64,000 nt of DNA from Callorhinchus milii. Taxonomy: Eukaryota. Made by a program: the position numbers and the translations under genes. The stretch is from positions 29,390,001 to 29,454,000 of the forward strand of contig NW_024704742.1 of assembly GCF_018977255.1 (NCBI RefSeq), given 5' to 3'. Below the pieces are notes generated by a model, which worked only from the letters and a program-made list of their open reading frames with translations, searched no databases and was not told where the DNA came from. Position 1 is the stretch's first letter. The number at the start of each line of letters is the position of its first letter. Below, in pieces: positions 40,901-52,900 of this stretch.

Positions 40901-43900
40901 TGAAGTGAAGATTGTTAAATGGGAAATTGCGGAAACTGATCTATGCCTGCAACATCCCAACAGCAAGCACTTGTATTTATATTTACAAGAGACGAGTAGC
41001 CAATTAAATTGCAAATTTGAGGCTAAATTTGGATGAGGAGGGGACAAGTACCGTAACACTGACACAGAGAGGGAAAGAGCAGAGCAACAGGAGGAAAGAA
41101 CAAAGAGGTTTCGTCCCCACAGTATTTGGCTGGGTACACATCAGCCACTGACCCCATTCTGAAACACACTGGAATAACAAGTTCCTAAACAGTGGACATT
41201 CAAGAAACAAATAGAACATGATTATAACAACAAATTGCATTTATATAGCGCCTTTCATGTCAGGAGATGTCCCAAGGTGCCAGACAATCGCGGTTTTGCA
41301 CCCGAGTTGGGGGTTAGGTTCGGGAGGAGTGGAGCCAAAAGGGGAGGTGGAGTGGGAAGGTGACTTAAAAGGAGCAGTCAAAGAGGATGAAAATCTTGAG
41401 ACAGACCTTGAAGGAGGCAGGGAAAGGGCACCACTGCACAGATCCCCAAACACAAAGCAATGAAGTAACGTTTTATTGTTTACTAGTCCATTTCAAGATT
41501 GGTGTTTTGTAATGTTATACTTTTAGCCTTTCGTTTAAAAATAAATCACTTTATTTACAATTTTTACTCATTTGAGTTATTGTGTTCCACAAGGTTTTGA
41601 GTTTGATTCATTTTTTTCATCCTTTCAGATACCTGAATTATAAGGCAAACTATTGACATTCCAAATACATTGAAGTTTCAGCTGTAAAAGGGGTTTTTGG
41701 GGGAAGTGAGTGGGTTGGGGTGGGGGATTGTGAAGCTTGGAAAGAAAATGAAGGTTAGAGAAGGGATGGTACCACTGCATAGGTATTGTCAAATGCAACC
41801 TTCTGGAGTCCATAAAACATCTGAGCACAGTCTAACCTAGCTACACCTTAAAACCAATGCTACATATATAACAACGAGAATAGTTTGGTTACATTGACAT
41901 ACAGGGTTGATCGAAAAGTCATAATATCTATCCTATTATTTTTAAAAAATCATTTCTTTAAGACTTATGAGACATTGTAATGATATCACAACTTTTTGGT
42001 CACCCTGTAGATACACACATTTGTTGGAGAATCTCAAGACCTGAACAAGAGTGTGAAATTGTGATATTCTCTGCGACAAATAGTAGTTGAAGCACAGTAA
42101 TAACATTATTTTCATGGGAATTAGGGAGATGCTTGAAAAAGAGGAATTAAGGATATGGAGAATGAGCAAGAAATTGGGATTGGACTCATGTGGAGAAAAA
42201 GATCAGCGCAGACTTGGTTTTGGTTTCTGTGCTGTAACATTCAAGGATTCTATGATCCTCTCAAATTTGTTGCAGCTGCTGGTTTTTGAGACCCATTTCC
42301 TCAAACTTGCTTACACTGGACATCTGACGCAGTTTCAAATAGACATATCAATGAAACATTGAGAACAGGATTTGTTATTATTCAAGGCCCATTCAGCGCT
42401 TATCACTTAATGGACCCTTTGAAGTATACTGAACAATTTGTGTTCCGTACTAACATCTTCCTCTAGATAAGGAAAAGCAGAAAAGAATTTGTTAATAAAG
42501 GGCAAATTGTGTCTCTTTTCAAAAAAATATAAAAGGGTGACATCTTTGTGAAAACTAGTCCAACAAAATTTTATTAAATTTGGGTCGAACCTCATGATTG
42601 CGTTATTTGCCTGTAATATTGTTGCTCTGAAATTGACATCAACCCTCCTTCTCCTTTCTTAAATACACGTATAATCACAGTATAAGTGACACACATTCAA
42701 CCAGAGTTAAAACAAATCAGACTAGATTTCATCAGATGGATGCCCTTATAACTTTCGAAAAATTGTGCTGCTACTTTTATAAGCAGTTTAAAAGCTATTA
42801 AAACTACATTTTCAGAAGCTGCACAGTATCAAATCTTTCCCACAACATTCCTTCCTTTGTGCAGAACTCGGCCTTCATTGAAGTGCTTTCTCTTAGTTCA
42901 CCAAAGCTGAGATTGGTCACATGGGAAGCAGAGGAAAATAGGTCCAAACCCATACATGTCTGGCCACGCTCGGTGCTCCCAATCAATCAATGGTTTATAG
43001 TGAGTACTTACTCCACTACAAACCCTCCACCATTGGATACATAGGAGCAGTCGGAGGGTATTCAGCCTATTCAGCCTATTTCACCAGTTTCTAAGATCAA
43101 GGCACATCTTCCCAAGTATCTAGCTTTCCTGTTGGCTAGCTGATTCCACTTCAATTGACTTTCTGGGGCAGTGCATTCCACATTTTCATAACTCTCTGCG
43201 TGCATTTACAACAGGTATTTTGTACTATAATGGTGTATCCATATATTACAAATAATAATGATATAAAACCCAGCATGTGAGATTGCTCTCAAATATTATA
43301 TTAATAATAATAGTAATCCTTGCATTTGATACAGCGCTTTTCACGTTGGGAAGACATCCCAAAGTGCTTCACAGAACACACTGTAAAGTGAATTGACTGT
43401 ATATTTGTGGGTGAACGCGGCAGCCAATTGCACACAGCAATGTCCCACAAAGAGTCATGGATTGAAAATGACCAATATATTATTGTTTTTGGTTTTGGAG
43501 GGATTATTATTAGGCGTGTGGAGTAAGGAAACTTGCCCAAGGTTTCGCCCTCTGCCTGGAATTGAACTCGGGTCTCTCACTTGCAAAGCGAGTGCTCTAA
43601 CCACTGAGGTACAGGACTCCATATTGTTCAATTTCACACAACGTAAGTTAATAATAGCTTACACATTCTTACAAAAAGGAAAAACTTACTCTCATCTGTC
43701 AATTTGTCTTTTGCTTCAGACATTATACTGTCCACTCTGTTGTTGTACCTGGCTTTATCAGTATAGATAGTTCTGTAGGTCTATATAAACACAATTTTAT
43801 ATCAATTAATTGGTGCATTTCTTAATAGAATTTTTCACACATTAAATAGAAAAGTGGTTTATTTTTATGAATAATATTATTAATATATGATTCATAAACG

Positions 43901-46900
43901 ATTAATAATAATTATTTGACATAGCACCTTATTACATTACCAAAAGATCTCAAAATGCTTCACAGAGTTTTACTGTAAAATGCAGTGAATGTGTATTTTG
44001 TAGATGAATGCAATAGCCAATTTGCGCACAGCAGTGTCCCACAAACAGCCATGGAGTGAGTGATCAATTTTTATTTGGAGGACTGTTGGCCAGGACACCG
44101 GGGGAAACTCCCTTCTCTTTTCAAATAGTGCCATGGGATCTTTAACACCCACCTGAACAGACAGAAGGGACCTTGGTTTAACGTCTCACCGTAAGGACAG
44201 CACCTCCAACAATACAATGCCTCCCCCGCAGCACTGCATTGGAGTGTCAGTTTAAACTGTGTGATTCCAAGTCCTGACGTGGGGCTTGAAGCCACAACCT
44301 TCTGACTCAGAGGTGAGAGTGCTACCACTGCACCAAGCTGACCATTAGTGTACCTGCAGTGTTAAAGTGAGATCTGTGCCAATGTCTTCAGTGAAACTGA
44401 CTTACATAATAGCCTGCGCTTGCACACGCTGCACCGATTACCAGGATGTACATCATTTTCTCGCCTGAGTCGCCTCCCGGGAAACTGTTGGAAGCCATCT
44501 GGCGGATAGAAGCTGTGGAGCAGAGCATGGCCATGATTGCAAGAACAACAACTTCAACAACTTGCATTTATATAGCGTCTTTCACATAAGGTAACATGTC
44601 GGAGACCTTTTCAGGGTCGGAGTTGGATGCTGAGCAAGGGAGAGGGGGCTGAAGGAGGGAGGGGCCCATAAGCACGTTCAAAAAGGTAGGATTTCAAGTG
44701 GGATTTGAAGATAGAAAGCTCAGGCGGTGAGATGGAGTGATAGAGGAAGGGAGTGCCAAAGGTTAGAGGGGTGGGGGACACTCAGCAACCCCAGTTTTCT
44801 GAGTGGAGTAGGCAACTGAAGGAGTAAAAGACTGAAGAGATGAGGTGCCAAGGAGTGGATGGATTTGAAGGTGAAGGTAAGCACATTGAAATCGATGGGA
44901 ATCAGTGAAGACTAGCGAAGACTGGTTAGGGTCTGGAGGGCTGGTGATGGGCAAGCAGAGTTTAGTGCACATGAGGATGAGCTGCAGCTAGTGGAGAAGA
45001 CAGAGAATTAGGCAAAACTCAATTCAACTTTGCCATCAATGGTGAAAGGATCATTTGGGAGGAAGAGCGTTACAAGACAGACAGCATCGAGGTATCACAA
45101 AAACAAACCACGACCACTTGGGCATTTATCATCTATATAACAGTCCACATCCCGCACCCCATCACCTCTAATAACAACAGAGGCTTGCACTTGCATAGAG
45201 TTGTAGGGCTGAAGGATGAAAGCATCAAAGCGCTTCACAAAGACGATAACGATCATTGAGCAGGAAGGCCACACAGCAGGTGGATCATGATTATAATACC
45301 GATACACGTGAAGGATTGCTGTGATCTTCTAAAGCATAAGAATAACTCTTAATAATAATAATCCTTGCATTTGATATAACGCCTCAAAGCGCTTCACAGA
45401 ATAGACTGTAAAGTGAATTGACTGTACATTTAAGGGTGAAACGCGACAGCCAATTGTGCACAGCAGTGTCCCACAAACAGTCATGGTTTGAAGTGACAAA
45501 TTTATTATTGTTTTATTTTCTTGAGGGATTATTATCAGGCGTGTGGAGTAAGGAATCTTGCCCAAGGTTTCACCCTGCTGGGAATCCAACCCAGGTCTCT
45601 CGCTTGCAAAGCGAGTGCTCTAACCACTGAGCTACAGGACTCCAAACTCTTAAGCAGTTTATTGAGTTCATTGGAGCTCTGAGCATTACATGTCTGAATC
45701 ACACTGCATTATTCCTTATAATGGACTTTGTGGATAACAACTCCACATGTACACGTTTCAGCTGGGGAGAGTGATGAGGAATGAGAACCTGTGGATTTTT
45801 CGCTCCCCGGCTTCCAGCTTAGGCTAATTACAACATCTCCAGCATTAAGATCCGCTAACTCAGCAAAGACCATAGATGAAATCTGGTATAACACTGAGTG
45901 TATCAGTCTGTGTTATCTTGTTACCTATCTCCTCCTGATCCAAACTCACCCAAAATTATTGTGTGTAAGACATTGCTGGTGAAAATTAGCTACCTTGATT
46001 GCCTATAGAATATTCATTTCTAATTTTGCAGCCTATTTTTCTCAGCTCTTAAAAAGAATGGTGGGAAATCAACTTTCAAATTCAGATTGAATGTAAGAAT
46101 TTACCAAAGTTCCACACAATGTTATACTTTAAAACGATCGTCTTAAGGCTAAAATCAAGAAGGATTTGGGGTCAAAGATGCCTTCAGTAGAAAAGAAATT
46201 TGGAAGAAATACAGAATAAAGTGTCCAATGTCTAGTGCACTCCATTAAACAACGATTGGCTTCCACCACGGGTGACGTATTGGAGTCAAATGAAACATGG
46301 TCAATGTGGCAGGAATTGACATGGGCTGCCTGTCAGCTACATTTTGCAACATAATCATATATTCAAGGAATAAGTAAGAGTGTAGCATCTGGTTATAATG
46401 CTGTGTTCCTGCTCATTGTTTTCAAAAGTTTTTTTTATTGCATGGCAATTTCCGTTATTTTAACCACACAGAGAGTTCAGATAGCATATCTAGTGTGTAA
46501 CAATCATTAGTGTTAGGGGTGTGCTGCAATCCTTTAGTCAGTCTGTATACATATTTATTTTAAAATTATTTAAGTCCCAAACTTTCACCTCATCCTAGGT
46601 TCGAAGATCATTTATTCCTGAAATTTACAATGGAAAATTCTGAAAAGCAGTCTTAATATGCCAGCCAGTTTCCCACAGTTCTTAAAAAGAGAATAAGACC
46701 AGACTGCAAAATAAGGTTGGACTGAGGAATTTCCAACAATTCTGCATAATCTTAAATTTTAAGACAAAAAGGTCATGCCTGGATGTAATTTCAGATCTTT
46801 GAGACTTTTTTTGTACTCCGAATCTTCCTTCTGTTTGTCTACCCTTATCTGTCCCTCTTCAAGCTTAGTGATTCCTGTGAGACCCACAGTTCCACAAATG

Positions 46901-49900
46901 CACAATGGTCCTCCGGTACCTCATTCCCATCACCATTCTTCACAAGTCAGCCAGGACTGCAAGTGTTGGGAAGCTGTCGTACTTGACCTTCATAAATTTC
47001 ATCACAAGATCAGTTTGGATAAAGAAGGCCTTTTAACCCATGTGATCTCATCCTCAGGAATACCCACCTGTCACCCTCTCATCAGAGCAATAATAATATA
47101 ATAATAATTATATCTCTGATGAGATATAATATCTCATCAGAGAAACAAGCTGTGCCTAAACCCACTCATTCTTCAAAAAGAAAAATTGGTCACTGAGGTC
47201 TAATTTGTGGTCAGTGTTAACCATGTGCAAACTTGCATGTAACAACAATAATAATAAGCCTTGCAGTTGATATAGCACTTTTCCCGTCTTCTAGACATCT
47301 CAAAGCGCTTCACAGAATATACTGTAAAGTGAATTCACTGTATATTTGTGGGCGAAACGCGGCAGCCAATTGCACACAGCAGTGTCCCACAAACAGTTGT
47401 GGTTTGAAGTGGCCAATTCATTATTGTTTTTTTTCCTCCATGTACAGTGGTTACAGGTTCACTTTTATTATGTAATCAATACAAAGAATTACAGAATTAA
47501 GGAATCCCTTGTAAATTGCCCTTGTACATGTGTTTACACATGGTTGACACAATCCACAAATTTGAGCTCAGTGCTATGAATGAAAATCTCCTTAAAAAGA
47601 TTAAAAAGTGCAAATACAGAGTGGTTCACACCACCAACTACTTCACACAATAATGACTTCCCACGTTTCAACAAGTTTCTCCAATGCTCTGGGGAGGTAC
47701 CAAAATAGGTCAAAGACTTGAGCCCCTGGACATGTTTGCTTGCTTGCTGGGACTAAATTAGGATTTTTGCTGAACAAGTGTGAAAATTACTAAATTGAAA
47801 GGTTGGTGCCAAGTTTGTTGTTCAATTTACTTGCTGTATTGTTTCCCTATAACTTGTGGATCAATTGGCACTGAACACACAGTGAGCCAAATTGCATATT
47901 AAATTATTAACAAGTTGAGCAGCCTAGGAATTGCTCAAATGTGGCTGATTAGTAACTCCTGACTTATCTACAAGTAAAACTCATACATAAAGCACTTCAT
48001 TGAACACAGATCACAAAGATAGATACTGGAATATAATGCAATGCTCCCATGTTTGTTTTGGCTTGGCCATTTTGCAAACTCCTAGAATAATAGAATATTA
48101 CAGCACAGAAGGAGGCCATTTGGCCCATTGTGCCTGTGCTGGTTCTTTGGAAGAGTTTCCCAATTCAGTCCCATTCCCCCACTCTTTCCCCACATCCTTG
48201 CGAATTTTTTCCATTTCAAGTAAATCTTTTTATTCCCCATTTGGTTGTGGGATTTATTTGGGGTTTTCTCCATTTATTCAACTCTACCAAGAGGGAATCC
48301 TTGAGTGAACATCTTAGGCTCTGAAATTACGATTTGTAAACAGTTAAGCCTCATGTGCCACAAGCAGAACATCTGAAACCGCCACCCAGATCTCAGATCA
48401 GATTTCCGTGAAGACAGGAGCCAAATAGTGTCCAGAGGTTGATTACTATGTAGCCAGGACACCCTGTTTTTCAAATTTTTCTTTTGTGAATCTCTCAATG
48501 TAGACCCCCTTCCATGAGCAAGAAGGCAGCAAGTTGAGGCAAGAGAGCAGTCAGTGATTAATCAGAGAAAAAAGATGATCTCACTGGAAGCTCTAACAGA
48601 GAGCCCGAGCGGAAAAGAGTGACTCTGAAAGGAGAATTATTTCTGTTGTGTTTGAACGAACATGAATTTTAATGGTGGCAGCTGTTTAAAACGCTACATT
48701 TCTCACTAATTTCGTAATAAGTTGGGCTTTGTTGATTTGCTTGGTTTATTTATTCTGTAAACGTCTGCTCTGTCTGACCTGTTGGTTTAAGAGAGGTTGG
48801 TTGTGTGCCACAAGCCCATGTAAAAATCCAGCTTGTAGAATGATTGGTGTGTGGGTGATGGTTGAACCCCATAGGTGACCAACTCTACAGTGACAGAAAT
48901 TTACAAGAAACTACAGATTTGTGGGCGAGGTGGTGGAATGGAAAGCCACAAAATTGGTAACACATGTCAAGTTCACAGCAGCATTGCATAGAATTATGTA
49001 GAATGTACAGCAAGGAAACAGCAAGGCTAACTAGGCATTGAAGGAGGCTCAGCCATAAGATCCCCTGCCTTCTACATCACTGCATTGGTGCTTGACACAG
49101 GGAGACCAGAGGGGTGGAAACACAAGACACTTAGGAAAATAAATACAGTAAACCCCTGATAACTCATCACTCCAAGGGTAAAAGACACAGGGACGAGATA
49201 TCTGTTTACTCATGCAATTTATTTTATTAAAACCGACATGCTAATTATAGCTCTTACGACCATAATTCTCCACGTGTAAGTTCTGCTCTGATCCAGCCTA
49301 CCAGGCCTGGCAATCCCTCACATAGAGAGAGCAGAAATAAGAGGGCAATTTAATAATTGGAGGGACAGTGAATACAAACATATACTATAGTTTCTATTGT
49401 ACATCTCCTGCAATTGGTCACTGAGTTGGGATGACAGGATGCCTAGGGACATATCTGAACAATAGGAGATGGTGCAAGGACAGACAGGGCTAAAGCAGAG
49501 GAATAAATTATAATAATTTTAAAATGAAACAAAGCAAAGTTAACCCTCATCAAAACCCTCTCCAACACCATAACATCTGTTAAATTGTGTGTTATTTACG
49601 GTTCACAGGTTAATTGAAAAATCACCTACAATGCCCTTTTTATAACATGTCATTTCATATTATAATAATCTGATAAATAATAATCCTTGCATTTGATATG
49701 GCGCCTTATCACGTCTTTGAGATGTTTCAAAGCATTTCACAGAATATACTGTAAAGTGAATTGACTGTATATTTTGTGGGAGAAACGCGGCAGCCAATTG
49801 GGCACAGCAGTGACCCACAAACAGTTGTGCATTAAGTGACCAATTTATTACTAGGAATTATTATCCCTGGGAAAGCGATCCATTAATTCAATAACAACTG

Positions 49901-52900
49901 GGTTCCTATTTACTGCTGGGTAAATAGAGTCGTGTGGAATAAGAAAACTTGCCCAACGTATCGCCCTGCCGGGAATCAAACCCAGGCTTCTCGCTTGCGA
50001 GGTGAGTGCTCTAACCACTGAGCTACAGGACTCCACAATTTTCTAGATGGTGAGAGGGGATGCTGACATTGTAATACAGTAGCCAGCAGTGTACAGTGCT
50101 GACGCTGCTGGAACTTTTCCTCATCAAAGCACAGCAAAACAACATTTGCCCCAAATCCCAAGGTTGGTTTGTATGGAGCCCATCTGATTACATCCTTCCA
50201 GAACATCCACTCCATCTTGCCATCACTGTATCAAGATGTTTTTTAAATGAGTCCAATGTTCTGACCTCAACCATCCTTCCTAAGCAATCAAGGAATTAGT
50301 TGTTAATTACTTTCTGGGCAAAGAAATATTTCCTGGTATTATCCTAAAGTTGTTGTTTGCGATTCAAAATCTCTTTTTCTCCTATCAGAAATATAGATCT
50401 TGACTTCTAAATCCCATTTAAAATTGTATATACATATATAAGGTCCCCTCTGAAACATCTTCTTTCAAGACTGAATTATTTACTGCAGCTTGTCTAATCG
50501 TTGCTCATAGCTCATTCTTTTAACACTGGGATCATCTTTGATGCTCTCTTCTGCACTGTCTCGAGGGCCTGGTCTGCCTACTTATGTCACAATGACCAGA
50601 TCTATATGTAGGTAATGCCTGACCAGAGAACTATTCAGTTTGAGTATGATATCTGGGGATCTAAAAAATCAGCTGGTGTGGCAATATAGCCCAGCACATT
50701 TGTGTTTGGTTTATTGTTGCCTCACACTGTTCTGACATGGTGAGCAATGAGTCAACGAACACTCCTAGATCTCTTTCAGCTTCCCCCGTGGCAAGTTCTA
50801 TCCCATTCATGGAGTGCATTTATTTCCTATTCTTACTTTTTATGTTTAGTACTTTGCATTTATCTGTATTAAACTGTACTTGCCAGTCATCATCCCATAT
50901 GCACACCCATCAAACTCCATAAGATTTTGCTGCCTCTTGATTCCACTGTTCCTCCCAATTTGGTGTCATTTGAAATTTTAACTACTTTACATTAGGTCTG
51001 GGAATCCAGATCATTAATATATACAAGGAGGAGAAAAGGCCTCAGAACGGATCCCTGAGGCACCCCTCTTTAATGTATCTTACGTGTCCCCACATTGTAC
51101 TAATGTTCAACCTAACACCCTATCTTGAACAGAATATATAACAGGGCATATTACAGTTATGTAGTCAGAATGGGTGAGCTAATGGTTGGCTACTTTACTT
51201 CACGGTGTGATTGAAATGAACAGATGGATCTTTTCACATCCGTTCAGATTTATAACAACTACTACAAATTTAATTTATATAATGCCTTTCACGAAAAGAG
51301 GACGTCCCAAGATGCTAGATGTTGAAGAGTTTAATAATAATTAATTGTAATAAGTTTTTCTTATACAAAAAAGTAGTAGCATATCTAACCCATTACATAC
51401 CCCTCCCTGTTATATAGGGTTTATATAACTGCAAAGACATTATAAAGAGCATCCCACCATGCCCATTTAGAAACATGTAGATCTTTTCACATTATCCCTC
51501 TTTTAATCCCTGACTCAACTGGAGTTGGTTCATTCCATCTTGTTGGGAACAGACTGTCCAATAAAGTTAGGAGTGGAACACTGAATGAAAGATGTAAACT
51601 TAGGATTTATTACTTCTATCCAGGGTTGTTTGTGGGACACTGCTGTGCGCAATTGGCTGCCGTGTTTCGCCCACAAAATATACAGTCAATTCACTTTACA
51701 GTATATTCTGTGAAGCACTTTGAAACGTCTTGAATATGTGATAAGGCGCTACATCAAATGCAAGGATTATTATTATTATTATCGCTTTTTTAGAGTTGCA
51801 AAAGAACGTACTGTTGAGGCGTCAGACAATACATATTGTTAGGAAAGCTTTGCTACATAAGGAACATCTTTCAAACAAATGTATCATTTTCCATATTAAG
51901 AGTGACTTTTCATTATCAGATAGACTGAAATTTTAATTTTAGCATTTATAAGCACTCTAACCAGTTGGTATAAGCAGAGCATGTAAAAAAACAAGTTATG
52001 CCCAGTCTGGCCAATGGCATCAAAGGGTAGGACACATGGAGCCAAGGTTTGCAGCGTTTCAAAACTAACACCAGTGTTAATTTATATAGGATTTGGTTGG
52101 AGACTTAACTCCATAGCAAAGACATCTTCAATGGGGGGAGGGTTCGATTGCCCTGCAAATCAGCCAGGGTACAAAACTGTCGGTTTAAGAGCAGAATTGT
52201 TTTAAGATCTTGGAGCATCTCATCTGGTAACATTCTTCGTGGGAAATTATATGGCAGTTTGGGGAAAAATTGCGCTACAATCACTCCTCACTATCCACTT
52301 CTCTGCATAAAAATACCTGAAGCTCTGCAATTGAATTATTGCCTTGTAATCATGCCCAAGCATCTATCATGCATTATTTATCGTGTCCCATTGGATTTTT
52401 GTTTTGATTTTGGAAGAAAAGTTTTTTCCAGACATAATCCAGTTAAGGAGGAAGTGTTAGCCTGCTTCAGTACACTTGGCTTTGGGTCAGAAGAGTGAGT
52501 TCAAGCCTCATGTCGGAATTTGAGTTTGTAGGCTTGACTGACACTCAAAGCAATGCAAGAACTGGACTGTTGGAACACATGGACAGGTCACCTTTGTTAC
52601 AGATCTGAGGGACTGGCTCACAGTGGTTCATAAACTTTGTTCTCTCTTGATTGCTTTGCATTTGCTGTTTACAAGGTTGTAGAAAAGATATAAATAGAAC
52701 AAAACAAAAATGCAGCTAGCACTTTCTCAAAGTCTTGCTGTAAATCCTCATTAGACAGCTCTCTACTTGGGTGTCAATCTGTTGACATTGAGTACTTAAT
52801 AATGATGAGTTACTATAATAATAATCCTTCCATTTGATATGGCACTTATTACGTTGTTGAGACATCTCAAAGTGCTTTATAGGATATACTGTAAAGTGGA

